A stretch of 64,000 bases of DNA from Geopsychrobacteraceae bacterium (GCA_963676795.2 CAXXTB010000002.1:1152001-1216000), one strand, 5' to 3'. Positions 30,253 through 40,518 are shown, counted from the stretch's first letter. Notes: generated by a model not told the origin, from the letters alone. Translations and numbers: made by a program.

Positions 30253-31125
30253 TTGTCGATGCAGTCAATGAGAGTTAAGAAGCTTGCCCGTTTTTTTCTT
30301 CGTAAGTATGCGATCATCGGAGCTGCCCTTCACTTTTCACCAGAAAGTCGTGAAGCGTTCAGGGAGCGGTATGATGACAAGATCATCGGTCTGTTCCGTC
30401 CGGAGATTGAAAGCTTTGTCGAACGCTATCCTGAAGTTCTTTCAGAGGAAGAGACCCTACGTCTTTTAGTTGATGAGAAGAAGAGCATTTGTCGCTTCGG
30501 GGACGGGGAGTTCAAGCTGATTGTCGGCGAACGGCACAAGTCTTTTCAGGATGTTGATCGTCGTCTCAACGAGCGGATGATTGAAGTATTGAACACCGAT
30601 CATCCCGATATTCTGATCGGCATCCACCCGGTTCGCAGTTATGATCTTCTGACCCGGATCTGGCGTAAGTTTATTATCCGTATCGGTGAAGATGTCCTCA
30701 AGCTCCTCAATCCAGAGAGGATCTATCATTCAATGGGGGTTTTTCGTGAACTTCCGGCAACAGATGAAGCTGCTTTTAATCATAGAATTGAGGCCATCAA
30801 AAAACTCTGGCAAGGACGGAAAATTCTTTTTGTTGTCGGAAAAAACAGCCGTTTTGAGTTTGTTGACGAGCTTTTTGATAATGTCGCTTCTGTCGATTAT
30901 GTTTACGCCCCCGCAAAAAATGCCTTCAGCGAATATGAGCGAATCTTGGATGATGTCAGGCGGTATCCGAAGGATGACTACCTGCTGTTGATCGTTCTGG
31001 GACCAACCGCTACAGTTATGGCCTATGACCTTGCTTTGGAGGGCTTTCAGGCTATCGATTTTGGCCAGATGCCGGGAATCTACACCAGGCAAAAGGCTAA
31101 ATTTTCTAAAAAGCTAGATCAATAG
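30253..31125 (+). CDS. GT-D fold (DUF1792) glycosyltransferase
   Basis: SICRFGDGE (DxE), PAKNAF, LGPTATVMAYDL, AIDFGQ. Confidence 0.85.
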   Translation: MSMQSMRVKKLARFFLRKYAIIGAALHFSPESREAFRERYDDKIIGLFRPEIESFVERYPEVLSEEETLRLLVDEKKSICRFGDGEFKLIVGERHKSFQDVDRRLNERMIEVLNTDHPDILIGIHPVRSYDLLTRIWRKFIIRIGEDVLKLLNPERIYHSMGVFRELPATDEAAFNHRIEAIKKLWQGRKILFVVGKNSRFEFVDELFDNVASVDYVYAPAKNAFSEYERILDDVRRYPKDDYLLLIVLGPTATVMAYDLALEGFQAIDFGQMPGIYTRQKAKFSKKLDQ

Positions 31126-31137
31126 GTTTGCTTTGTT

Positions 31138-32064
31138 ATGTCTTCTGGCTTCTCTCAACCAATGGTTTCGATTGCCCTCTGCACCTACAACGGAGAGCGC
31201 TTTTTACAACAGCAGCTTGACTCGCTTGCTGACCAGGACTATGAAAATGTTGAAATCATTATAGTAGACGACTGCTCAACGGATAGAACTTATGAACTCC
31301 TGCAGGGGTTTGAGTCTTCTCTGGCCCATGTCAAGCTTTGGCGTAACCCCTCAAACCTGGGATTTGTCGCTAATTTTGAAAAAGCGATTTCACTCTGCTC
31401 AGGAGATTACATTGCGCTTTGCGATCAGGACGATATCTGGTTGCCTGAAAAAATCTCAGCGCTGGTTAGTGAAATTGGAGATGCTGGGCTCATTTATTCG
31501 TCGGTTCAGCTCATGGATCAGCAAGGATCCCTGTTGGCAGATATCTTCCCCCGCCGTAACAAGCTTTCCGGGCGATGTTATATGGAAATGCTTTTTTCGA
31601 ACCATGTTACAGGTCACGCCTGTATGCTCAATCGGTCTGTCCTGAAAAGAGCACTCCCTTTCCCGAAAGCAGTCAAGGTTCATGACCACTGGTTGGCTGT
31701 TGTTGCTGCAGCGAAGGAGGGTATCTCTTTTCATGACGGGGTTTTGTCCTATTATCGAAAACATGATGATAATGCGTTGCTCAGTAACAAGAGGCGACGC
31801 AAGGGTAGGTGGGCAAAAGCGTTGAGCAAGGTTCAGAGTAGAAAAGAATTTTTAACTGCTGTTATGCAGGTTGAGGGTATAAGTTCGGATGACAGGGCTT
31901 TGATCCAGCAGATAATAGAGGTGCTGACGCCGTCGTTATTTCTGACAAATAAGAAGCTTGAGAGGATTCTGCTGCAATCGGGCGACCGTTTGCTTGCCGC
32001 ATTTCCTGATCGGGATAAAGCTATCAGGAAATTGACCCGACCTCTGTACCGGGCTTTGTTATAG
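31138..32064 (+). CDS. GT2 glycosyltransferase (rhamnosyltransferase-like)
   Basis: VSIALCTYNGE, DDCSTD, LCDQDDIW, HDHW, YRKH. Confidence 0.9.
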   Translation: MSSGFSQPMVSIALCTYNGERFLQQQLDSLADQDYENVEIIIVDDCSTDRTYELLQGFESSLAHVKLWRNPSNLGFVANFEKAISLCSGDYIALCDQDDIWLPEKISALVSEIGDAGLIYSSVQLMDQQGSLLADIFPRRNKLSGRCYMEMLFSNHVTGHACMLNRSVLKRALPFPKAVKVHDHWLAVVAAAKEGISFHDGVLSYYRKHDDNALLSNKRRRKGRWAKALSKVQSRKEFLTAVMQVEGISSDDRALIQQIIEVLTPSLFLTNKKLERILLQSGDRLLAAFPDRDKAIRKLTRPLYRALL

Positions 32065-32067
32065 TGC

Positions 32068-32970
32068 ATGCAGAGAGAATGTGATTTCAGAGAAAAGGTT
32101 TGCCGGGAGAACACCTTGATAAAAGCATCATTGATTATAGTCTGTTATAACAGCTTTCAGATAATAGAGGAGTGTCTTTCCAGGCTGATAGACAGCGGGC
32201 ATTTTCCTGTCTATTTCGTTGATAATGCCAGTACCGATGGTAGTGCAGAAAAGCTTATTGCCAGGTATCCCTGTGCCAAGGTTTTGATTCAGGGACGTAA
32301 TCTGGGTTATGGGCGTGCCGCTAACGTCGCCTTGAATAATGTCAAGACTGATTATGCTCTGCTTTTAAATCCTGATATTCTAATGACGGCAGACCAGGTA
32401 TTGGAGATGATCGAAAAGTCTGAGGAATTTTCTGACGCTGCTCTGTTGGTGCCGGCGACATCTCTGAAACATCAACTTCTTGATTCAGGACCTGTTGATC
32501 AGGATAAAGTCAGTGGTTCATGCATGATGTTTCAAATGGACAACTTGCGTAAAGTCGGTTTCTTTGATGAAAAAATCTTCCTTTTTTCTGAAGAGACGGA
32601 TCTGTGTATCAGGATCTTAGAGGCTGGATTGCGGATTGTCATGTTCCCTGATATCTATGTCAGACATCTTGCCGGAAAGTCATCAGGTCACTCTGATGCG
32701 GTCGAGTACATGAAAGAATGGCACTTCGGCTGGTCGCGATCATACTATTACCAAAAGCATGGCTTAGATCAGGGCAGCAGATCATTAAAGAGACGACTTT
32801 TTCTTTATAAGTGGAAGTCTCTAAAACCATTCATTGGTAGGAAGAAGAAGATCAAGTATTCTGCCATCTATGAAGGGATTCGAGCTTTTCGGGCGGGCGA
32901 GGTTGCTTTTGCAGAGGATGGTTCTCCCAAGGTGAGCCCTTGCAGTGAGTATAATCCTTATAGTGTTTAA
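32068..32970 (+). CDS. GT2 glycosyltransferase (WbbL/WfgS-like)
   Basis: IIVCYNS, DNASTDGS, NLGYGRAAN, LLNPD, FDEKIFLFSEETDLC. Confidence 0.88.
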   Translation: MQRECDFREKVCRENTLIKASLIIVCYNSFQIIEECLSRLIDSGHFPVYFVDNASTDGSAEKLIARYPCAKVLIQGRNLGYGRAANVALNNVKTDYALLLNPDILMTADQVLEMIEKSEEFSDAALLVPATSLKHQLLDSGPVDQDKVSGSCMMFQMDNLRKVGFFDEKIFLFSEETDLCIRILEAGLRIVMFPDIYVRHLAGKSSGHSDAVEYMKEWHFGWSRSYYYQKHGLDQGSRSLKRRLFLYKWKSLKPFIGRKKKIKYSAIYEGIRAFRAGEVAFAEDGSPKVSPCSEYNPYSV

Positions 32971-32981
32971 AAAGGCCTTTT

Positions 32982-34010
32982 ATGTCGGAATTTAAAGAAA
33001 CACCACAATGCCATCCATTAGTCTCAATAGCAATGTGTACATATAATGGAGAGCAATATTTAAAAGAGCAGATTGATTCTCTACTCTCTCAAGATTATCC
33101 GAATTTTGAAGTCATTATCGTAGATGACCGTTCACAGGATAGAACTTTTTCAATTTTACAGGAGTATGAAAAGAGGGATCAGCGGGTTAGGGTTTTTCAG
33201 AATCAAGATAATCTTGGCTTTGTTAAAAACTTCGAGAAATCGATATCTTTATGTACAGGCCAATATATTGCTCTATGTGATCAGGATGATATCTGGTTTC
33301 CGGAAAAAGTCAGAAAGCTAGTTGAGAACATTGGTGAGGCAAGTCTTATTTATTCGGAAGCTAGTGTTGTGGATTCCAACTTAAATAAGGAAGAGAAGGA
33401 CGGTCTGAAAGGCAATCCGCTTGCAGGAGATTGTTCTTTAGGGTTGCTGCTTGGAAATTGTGTGACCGGTCACCTTTGTCTTTTTCATAGAGACTTGATT
33501 CAATATATTTTACCATTTCCAGAAAATTTGAAGTTGCATGACTACTGGATTGCGTATATTGCTGCCTGCCGGGCTGGCATAGTTTATTATCCTGAGGTTC
33601 TTTCTCATTATCGAAAGCATGAAAATAATGTAGTTCTTGGTCGTAAGGTTAAGAAAGATCATTCAAAAAGACAGCGGAGAAAACAATTTTTCCATGAAAA
33701 ATTGGAGTTTCTGAAGATATTCAGAAATTCAGGATGTACGTCTCCGGAAAACATAAGAATAATTGATGATTTGTACTTCTTAATGACGGAAAACTCTGAC
33801 TACGGTTATAATCTGAAGTTAGAAACCTTTCTAAGGAGATATAGTAAAGAGCTTCTTCCCGTTTTTCCGGATGAAGAAAAAATTATTAGGTATCTTTGTA
33901 AGGGCTATTCGTGGAAATTTTTCATACTAAGGTTTTTTGTTAAATTTTTAATTTGTTTTGTTCCTCTACAGAAAACAAGGAAGAAAATAAGGTTGAGATT
34001 TAATGTTTGA
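32982..34010 (+). CDS. GT2 glycosyltransferase, paralog of 31138..32064
   Basis: VSIAMCTYNGE, NLGFVKNFEK, LCDQDDIW, HDYW, YRKH. Confidence 0.9.
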   Translation: MSEFKETPQCHPLVSIAMCTYNGEQYLKEQIDSLLSQDYPNFEVIIVDDRSQDRTFSILQEYEKRDQRVRVFQNQDNLGFVKNFEKSISLCTGQYIALCDQDDIWFPEKVRKLVENIGEASLIYSEASVVDSNLNKEEKDGLKGNPLAGDCSLGLLLGNCVTGHLCLFHRDLIQYILPFPENLKLHDYWIAYIAACRAGIVYYPEVLSHYRKHENNVVLGRKVKKDHSKRQRRKQFFHEKLEFLKIFRNSGCTSPENIRIIDDLYFLMTENSDYGYNLKLETFLRRYSKELLPVFPDEEKIIRYLCKGYSWKFFILRFFVKFLICFVPLQKTRKKIRLRFNV

Positions 34011-34031
34011 ATTATTTCAAGAAATTTTCTT

Positions 34032-34985
34032 ATGAATTTCTGCAGGCGCTTAACAGTTTTCTCTCACTGGGATCCTGATGGTATTATTGATGACTATGTT
34101 CTTTATTATTTGAAAGAACTTAAGAAATATTCTGATATAATATTTGTTTCTGATGGGGTTTTATCTTTTGAAGAGATAAAAAAAATAACCCCTTATGTAA
34201 ATAAATCTATTTGCATTAAACATGGTGAATACGATTTTGGAAGCTATAAAATAGGATTCGAAAACTGTACCGAAACCTTATGCGACTATGATGAATTGCT
34301 TTTTGTGAATGATAGTTGTTATGGTCCTCTGATATCTCTAGATGATTTATTTGATCGTTTCTCTTATGAAAAATGTGATTTTTGGGGATTGACGGACTAC
34401 TGTGAAATAGGAATTCAGCATATACAGAGTTATTTTATCTGTTTTAAAAAACAGGTTTTTGAAAGCTTAGTTTTCAAGAACTTTATTTTTTCAATAGGGA
34501 AAGAATCAGCCAAGAAAGATATAATTAAAAAATATGAGATCGGGTTAACTACATTGTTGGTTGGTTCAGGATTTTCCTACTCGTCTCTTGTAGATTTAGG
34601 TAAGGCAAATAAAGTTTTTACTTCCGAAAGTTTTTCACTTACTAAGATGTTTAAATTCCCTTTGGTAAAGAGAGCAATATTCACTAAGAATCCAAATGGC
34701 GATGCTTTTATATATGAAAACTTTAAGGATTCTCTGATTAGTATTGGCAGTAATTATCCTTATATTCTCATTGAAGACAATCTTGAACGAGTTTGCCCGG
34801 GATTTAAAAATAATCTGTTTCATCCTAAGTTGATTAAGAAAAATATTATTCACAGAAAAATACTGAGACTTAGGGAAATGAGCGGAAAATATTTTACTTT
34901 TTTGGAAATAAGGTTTTTGGGTGTCAAATTGTTAAAGTTTCCATTGCGTTTTTTGATAAATAGGTGGAGGCATAGCAGGGAATAA
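34032..34985 (+). CDS. rhamnan synthesis F (RgpF)-family protein
   Basis: FSHWDPDGIIDDYVLYYL, YDFGSY, NDSCYGP, DFWGLT, HIQSYF, KYEIGLT. Confidence 0.8.
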   Translation: MNFCRRLTVFSHWDPDGIIDDYVLYYLKELKKYSDIIFVSDGVLSFEEIKKITPYVNKSICIKHGEYDFGSYKIGFENCTETLCDYDELLFVNDSCYGPLISLDDLFDRFSYEKCDFWGLTDYCEIGIQHIQSYFICFKKQVFESLVFKNFIFSIGKESAKKDIIKKYEIGLTTLLVGSGFSYSSLVDLGKANKVFTSESFSLTKMFKFPLVKRAIFTKNPNGDAFIYENFKDSLISIGSNYPYILIEDNLERVCPGFKNNLFHPKLIKKNIIHRKILRLREMSGKYFTFLEIRFLGVKLLKFPLRFLINRWRHSRE

Positions 34986-35083
34986 TGATTTTTACTGTCT
35001 ACTGGTTATTAAACTTTCCTGTTTAAAATAAGAAAATAGCAGATCTAACTTTTTAGGCTAATTAATTTGAAAGATAAATTCTG

Positions 35084-35755
35084 ATGCCGATTATTAAAAA
35101 TCGAAAAAAACTTTTTTATTATGCTCATGTCCCAAAATGTGCTGGAACCTCTGTTGAGGATTTTTTGATTCAAACCTGTTCAAACGTTTCGTTTCTTGAT
35201 CGAAGATATTTAGTTCATGAATCACATAGCTACTGGGCGAAAACATCGCCTCAGCATATTGATGGTGAGTCTCTGGGGTGCATGTTTGCAGAAGATTTTT
35301 TTGAGTTGCAGTTTACCTTAGTGAGAAATCCGATAAAGAGATTTGTTAGTGCTTTTAAATTTAATAAGCATTTCAATAAGTTTGACGAGTTGTTGAATGT
35401 TACTATTGATGACTATGTGTCTCTATTGACGGATGAGAAGTTGTCTGAAATTGGCTATATGGATAATCACTTTCTGCCAATGTATAAATTTATGATTCCC
35501 GGTTTCCCATGTCATGTTTTTAGAATGGAATCGGATCTTGATGCCTTAGAGCTTTGGTTGAAGCGAAAGGTCGCCAATAGATTTACACGGAAACGTATCA
35601 AGCATACTAATTCGTCGACAGAGTTGTATCCAGTTGATGAGGATTTTTCCCTGTCTGATGAGTCGGTCGAAAAGTTGAAGGGGCTCTATGCAGATGATTA
35701 TCGAATTTTTGCCTATGATGGTCAGCGAACTTTTGAGAGGATAGTTTTGGTCTAG
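35084..35755 (+). CDS. sulfotransferase family 2 protein
   Basis: 5'-PSB-like HVPKCAGTS, 3'-PB-like VRNPIKRFVS, NHFLP, LYADDYRIFAY. Confidence 0.8.
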   Translation: MPIIKNRKKLFYYAHVPKCAGTSVEDFLIQTCSNVSFLDRRYLVHESHSYWAKTSPQHIDGESLGCMFAEDFFELQFTLVRNPIKRFVSAFKFNKHFNKFDELLNVTIDDYVSLLTDEKLSEIGYMDNHFLPMYKFMIPGFPCHVFRMESDLDALELWLKRKVANRFTRKRIKHTNSSTELYPVDEDFSLSDESVEKLKGLYADDYRIFAYDGQRTFERIVLV

Positions 35756-35761
35756 ATATTT

Positions 35762-36589
35762 TTGATTTCGCCTATTGTGGTTCAAATGAGCAGAGCTATG
35801 AGTTCAATATTGAAAACATTTTTCGAGAAACCTGTAGCCGTAACTGGATCCAGGTTGGTTGATTTTATTGTTTGCGGTACACAGAAAGGTGGTACAACTG
35901 CATTGGATGCGTATCTTCGTATGCATCCAGAGGTTTGTATGGCTTCAGAAAAAGAAGTTCATTTTTTTGATAATGAGGCTGTTTTCGATCATCGGGTGAT
36001 CGATTACGGTAAATATCATAAATATTTTAATAGTTGTGACCCTCAGCTTTTTTGGGGGGAGGCAACGCCTATCTATATGTATTGGTATGATGCTCCTCGA
36101 CGCATGTGGTCTTATAATCCTTCGTTGAAATTGATCATTCTTTTGAGGAATCCTGTCGAAAGAGCTTATTCGCACTGGAATATGGAACGATCACGTGGAG
36201 CCGATAACTTGTCTTTTAGTGAAGCTATAAGACTTGAGCAAATGCGTTGCCGCGAGTCCTTGCCTTTGCAACATAGGGTTTTTTCGTATGTTGACAGGGG
36301 GTATTATCTCGAACAGTTACATCGGTTGTGGACTTTTTTTCCTCGAGACCAGGTTTTGGTGCTGAAAAATGAGGACCTCAGGGATCGCCCTGATGAATGT
36401 CTGGGGATGGTAGCTGATTTCGTCGGTTTTTCGAAGTTTGGTTCTGTTGATTCTCTTGATGTGCATTCTCGTCCTTATGATGAGAGAATTTCTCCTGAAG
36501 ATAAAAAATTCCTTCTGAACCTCTACGAATATCAGATAAAGGCGTTGGAATGCGAACTTGGCTGGGATTGTAGTGACTGGCTGACTTGA
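35762..36589 (+). CDS. sulfotransferase, heparan-sulfate sulfotransferase-like domain
   Basis: DFIVCGTQKGGTTAL, HP, KEVHFFD, EATPIY, LRNPVERAYSHW. Confidence 0.88.
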   Translation: MISPIVVQMSRAMSSILKTFFEKPVAVTGSRLVDFIVCGTQKGGTTALDAYLRMHPEVCMASEKEVHFFDNEAVFDHRVIDYGKYHKYFNSCDPQLFWGEATPIYMYWYDAPRRMWSYNPSLKLIILLRNPVERAYSHWNMERSRGADNLSFSEAIRLEQMRCRESLPLQHRVFSYVDRGYYLEQLHRLWTFFPRDQVLVLKNEDLRDRPDECLGMVADFVGFSKFGSVDSLDVHSRPYDERISPEDKKFLLNLYEYQIKALECELGWDCSDWLT

Positions 36590-36624
36590 CGTTGTACTAA
36601 TTTAACGAAACAATTTGGATTTAA

Positions 36625-37353
36625 ATGCAAACAATCATACACATCGGGCAACACAAGACAGCTACTACGTCAATTCAGGGATTTCTCAGGAAAAATAGAC
36701 TGGAATTGATTAAGCGGGGCATCTATGTGCCTGACACTATCGCTGGTTTTGATGACCCTTCTCATTTTGTTTTAAACGTTCACTGTTTGAATCGGGACCG
36801 CTATTCTTCAAAAAAGGAAAAGCTTTTAGCGGAACAGGGTGAGGCGTATATCGATAATCTTTTAACTAATCTTAAATCTGATGTGGGAAGAATTTATTGT
36901 GACGCCTTAAGGGAAAAATGTAATAAGGTGATTTGGTCAAACGAGGGATTGTATCTTCTGAATTCTTTGGAAGAATACCGTAGATTATATGATCTTTTTC
37001 ATCTTTATTCGAATGTTCAAGAAATCGTTTGCTGCTTTAGGGACGTTGCTTCTTACAGGAACTCATATCGAAAACAATTGATGAAGCAAAGTATTTTGCC
37101 ATCCGATGATAGGGATTCGTATCGCTATCTGGAGGATGATTCCTGGTTGTTTGACTATCCCAGGAAAAAACAACTTCTCGAAGGCGTTTTTGATAAGTGT
37201 ACATATTTCGATTATGACCCCGATGATAATGTACTGAAATTTCTCAAGGTTTTAGGTATCGACATCGCTGTTTCCGAAATCTTTAGAATGAATGTTACCT
37301 CCAAGATGTCGAAAAAGAAAAAGCATCCTTTTCTTAGGCTTTTTAAAAATTAA
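36625..37353 (+). CDS. sulfotransferase-fold (P-loop) protein
   Basis: IIHIGQHKTATTSIQ N-terminal motif, SNEGL, CFRD...SY. Confidence 0.6.
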   Translation: MQTIIHIGQHKTATTSIQGFLRKNRLELIKRGIYVPDTIAGFDDPSHFVLNVHCLNRDRYSSKKEKLLAEQGEAYIDNLLTNLKSDVGRIYCDALREKCNKVIWSNEGLYLLNSLEEYRRLYDLFHLYSNVQEIVCCFRDVASYRNSYRKQLMKQSILPSDDRDSYRYLEDDSWLFDYPRKKQLLEGVFDKCTYFDYDPDDNVLKFLKVLGIDIAVSEIFRMNVTSKMSKKKKHPFLRLFKN

Positions 37354-37374
37354 CTGATTTTTTAGGTGTTATTT

Positions 37375-38442
37375 ATGAATGTTCTTGTAACTGGTGGTTG
37401 TGGTTTTATTGGTTCGTCCTTTGTCAGGCTTGTTCTTGGAAAAAACCTGTTTTCTCGAATTGTTAATCTTGACAGCCTTACTTATGCTGGAAATGCCAAA
37501 AACTTAGTCGAATTTGAGAATGATGAACGCTATCGTTTTGTTCATGGTGATATCTGTGACAGAGATCTTGTTAGTAGTATTTTTCAGGAAGAGTCAATTG
37601 ATACAGTCGTTCACTTTGCGGCTGAGTCTCATGTTGATCGAAGCATCGATGGGCCAAGTGAATTTATTAATACAAATATACTGGGGACATTTAATCTTTT
37701 GGAGGTTGCTCGCAATTCGTGGTTACCAGCGTCTGATGATTCTGTCTCGAAAAAATGTTTTTTACATGTTTCAACAGATGAGGTTTATGGATCTCTAGGA
37801 GAAGAAGGTTATTTTACCGAGTCGACTCCATATGATCCGCGCTCTCCTTATTCTGCCTCGAAAGCTTCCTCAGATCATCTGGTTAGTGCATATTTTCATA
37901 CCTATGGTTTGCCGGTCTTGACAACCAACTGTTCAAATAACTATGGTCCTTATCAGTTTCCAGAGAAGCTGATTCCTCTTATTTTTAATAATGCTCTTGC
38001 GGGGAAAGCATTGCCTGTATATGGCGATGGTAAAAATGTTAGAGACTGGTTATTTGTTGAAGATCACTGTGAGGCCATTCTCGCTGTTCTGGAGAAAGGG
38101 CAACTTGGGGAAACCTACAATATAGGTGGTAATAACGAGAAGCAAAATATTGAAATTGTTGGGACTATTTGTGATTTGCTGGATGAAAAAATTGGCCTGT
38201 TGCCTTCAGGTGATGCTAGGCGTAGCCTTATTACCTTTGTGAAGGATCGGCCCGGGCATGACCGTCGTTATGCGATCGATGCATCCAAGATTAAAGCCGA
38301 ACTTGGTTGGGAGCCTTCAGTTACTTTTGAGCAGGGGATTCGGCTGACTATCGACTGGTATCTTAACAACCGGCAATGGGTTAATGAGATTGTTGATGGT
38401 TCGTATCGAGAGTATTATCAGAAGCAATATTCTGATCGTTGA
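37375..38442 (+). CDS. rfbB: dTDP-glucose 4,6-dehydratase
   Basis: GGCGFIGS, AAESHVDRSI, HVSTDEVYG, YSASK, DRPGHDRRY. Confidence 0.97.
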   Translation: MNVLVTGGCGFIGSSFVRLVLGKNLFSRIVNLDSLTYAGNAKNLVEFENDERYRFVHGDICDRDLVSSIFQEESIDTVVHFAAESHVDRSIDGPSEFINTNILGTFNLLEVARNSWLPASDDSVSKKCFLHVSTDEVYGSLGEEGYFTESTPYDPRSPYSASKASSDHLVSAYFHTYGLPVLTTNCSNNYGPYQFPEKLIPLIFNNALAGKALPVYGDGKNVRDWLFVEDHCEAILAVLEKGQLGETYNIGGNNEKQNIEIVGTICDLLDEKIGLLPSGDARRSLITFVKDRPGHDRRYAIDASKIKAELGWEPSVTFEQGIRLTIDWYLNNRQWVNEIVDGSYREYYQKQYSDR

Positions 38443-38467
38443 TCGCGGATTAGTAAGATTATCAAGT

Positions 38468-38497
38468 ATGCCCATCTTTCTGTGTAAAGATGGGCGT
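38468..38497 (+). other. intercistronic stem-loop between rfbB and rfbD
   Basis: ATGCCCATCTTT-ctgtgt-AAAGATGGGCGT; no U-tract. Confidence 0.5.
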
Positions 38498-38517
38498 TAG
38501 CGTCTGAATGGGTAGAT

Positions 38518-39423
38518 ATGTCTGACTCTAAAGTTAGGATCGCGCTGATAGGTGCGAAAGGTATGTTGGCGCAGGCTGTTCTCGCAGAGGCCCCTGAATG
38601 TTGTCAGTTTACTAAATTTGATCTTCCTGAATTGGATATGACAGACAGTTTGTCAGTTCATCGCGTTTTAGGTGAACTTGGTCCTGATGTAATCATCAAT
38701 TGTGCGGCATATACTCAGGTTGATAAGGCTGAGGCTGATGAGGGAACTGCCATGCTTGTCAATGGTGACGGTCCTGGTTACCTGGCGGATGTCGCAAAAG
38801 AGGTGGACGCTGTACTTGTTCATATCTCGACGGACTATGTCTTTGACGGAACAAAGTCGACACCTTATCTTGAGGCTGATGTTGTTGGGCCGCAATCCGC
38901 ATATGGCCGAACTAAGCTGGCAGGTGAGCGTGCCATTATCGATAGTGGGCTTAGTGAGTATTTTATTATACGAACCAGTTGGCTATATGGACCGGGTGGA
39001 CCTAATTTTGTTGAAACCATGCTTCGTTTGGCTAAGGAGCGTGAAGAGATGTGTGTTGTCGATGATCAGCACGGTACGCCGACTTATACACGAGATCTTG
39101 CGCGAGCAATTTTTGCGTTGCTTCGCGGTCACTCTCTTGATGATGGGGTTGATTCCGCAGCTTTTGGGATTTATCATTTTTCAAACAGTGGTGAGTGCTC
39201 TTGGTACGGATTTGCGCTCGAGATCATTGAAATGGCACGTCGGCGGGGGTTTGACTTGGTAGTGAAGAATCTGAAGCCAATAACAACCGAAGAGTATCCG
39301 TTGCCCGCGAAACGCCCGGCATATTCCGTTTTTTCTAAAGATAAATTTATGCGACAGACGGGGCTTATGGTCAGATCGTGGGACGCCGCCTTGGTCGATT
39401 ACTTTGAGCAGAGACAATCTTAG
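38518..39423 (+). CDS. rfbD: dTDP-4-dehydrorhamnose reductase
   Basis: GAKGML, NCAAYTQVDKAE, ISTDYVFDG, YGRTKLAGE, PAKRP. Confidence 0.96.
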   Translation: MSDSKVRIALIGAKGMLAQAVLAEAPECCQFTKFDLPELDMTDSLSVHRVLGELGPDVIINCAAYTQVDKAEADEGTAMLVNGDGPGYLADVAKEVDAVLVHISTDYVFDGTKSTPYLEADVVGPQSAYGRTKLAGERAIIDSGLSEYFIIRTSWLYGPGGPNFVETMLRLAKEREEMCVVDDQHGTPTYTRDLARAIFALLRGHSLDDGVDSAAFGIYHFSNSGECSWYGFALEIIEMARRRGFDLVVKNLKPITTEEYPLPAKRPAYSVFSKDKFMRQTGLMVRSWDAALVDYFEQRQS

Positions 39424-39438
39424 TTGAGGAGTACTTAG

Positions 39439-40314
39439 ATGGTAAAAAAGGGGATCGTTCTTGCCGGTGGGGCAGGGAGTCGGTTGTATCCGTTAACGTT
39501 GGTTGCCAGTAAACAGTTGCAACCGGTTTATGATAAGCCGATGATTTATTACCCGTTGTCGACCCTGATGTTGGCGGGCATTCGTGATATTTTGATTATC
39601 TCGACCCCGCATGATATCCCACGATTTGAAGCCCTTCTCGGTGATGGCTCTCAGTGGGGCATATCTCTGTCTTATGCTGTTCAACCTGAACCAAAGGGGA
39701 TTGCTCAGGCATTTCTGATTGGAGAGGAATTTATTGCTGATGAGAACGTTTGTTTGATACTCGGCGATAATCTGTTCTATGGCAAGATTGGCCTAGATCG
39801 TATCGTGAATGAATTTAAAGGCGGTGCGCGGGTCTTTGGATATCCGGTTCATGACCCTGAAAGGTATGGGGTTGTTGAATTTGACGTGGATGGCAAGGCG
39901 ATTGGCATTGAGGAAAAGCCGCTTAAGCCTAAATCCCACTTTGCTGTCCCTGGCCTTTATATTTATGACAACAAGGTTTGCTCGATTGCCAGAAACATGA
40001 AACCATCCGCGCGTGGAGAGCTTGAGATTACTGACGTTAATCTCGAGTATCTGCGCCGCCAGGAACTTATGGTAGAGCCTCTTGGCCGCGGTATTGCTTG
40101 GCTCGATACTGGAACGCATCAGAGTTTGCTTGAGGCCAGTCATTTTATCGGAACCCTTGAGGCGAGGCAGGGGCTTAAAATTGCCTGTCTTGAAGAAATT
40201 GCCTTTCGGAAGGGCTTTGTTTCTGAAAGTGATATGCGTAGCCTTGTTGAGAGGACTCCAAACTCCAGCTATAGGGAATACTTACTTCGGATTTTGGATG
40301 AGCTAAGTGCTTGA
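39439..40314 (+). CDS. rfbA: glucose-1-phosphate thymidylyltransferase
   Basis: [43 protein letters not shown]. Confidence 0.97.
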   Translation: MVKKGIVLAGGAGSRLYPLTLVASKQLQPVYDKPMIYYPLSTLMLAGIRDILIISTPHDIPRFEALLGDGSQWGISLSYAVQPEPKGIAQAFLIGEEFIADENVCLILGDNLFYGKIGLDRIVNEFKGGARVFGYPVHDPERYGVVEFDVDGKAIGIEEKPLKPKSHFAVPGLYIYDNKVCSIARNMKPSARGELEITDVNLEYLRRQELMVEPLGRGIAWLDTGTHQSLLEASHFIGTLEARQGLKIACLEEIAFRKGFVSESDMRSLVERTPNSSYREYLLRILDELSA

Positions 40315-40343
40315 TTCATATGGAGTGAAATAGCTCATCTGAG

Positions 40344-40380
40344 CCTGGCAGTCTCCTGTTTGGTGAAGGTGACTGTCAGG
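40344..40380. terminator. hairpin between convergent rfbA and acyltransferase genes
   Basis: CCTGGCAGTC...GACTGTCAGG stem (one G-U pair); no clear U-tract. Confidence 0.35.
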
Positions 40381-40518
40381 TCAATATGGGGATACTGCAC
40401 ATAGTTTCTGACGGTTGATATTTCAATCAGGCTGTATTGTTTTTTGCCATCGTTTGGAGCTGTGGGAGACTCATGAAAATACCTAATGTTGTAAGGCGGT
40501 CAGCGGATTGACCTGAAA

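Noticed and set aside
40495..40505. GGCGGTCAGC resembling an ops/JUMPStart element
   Set aside because: Does not match GGCGGTAG and lies between convergent gene ends, not in an operon leader.
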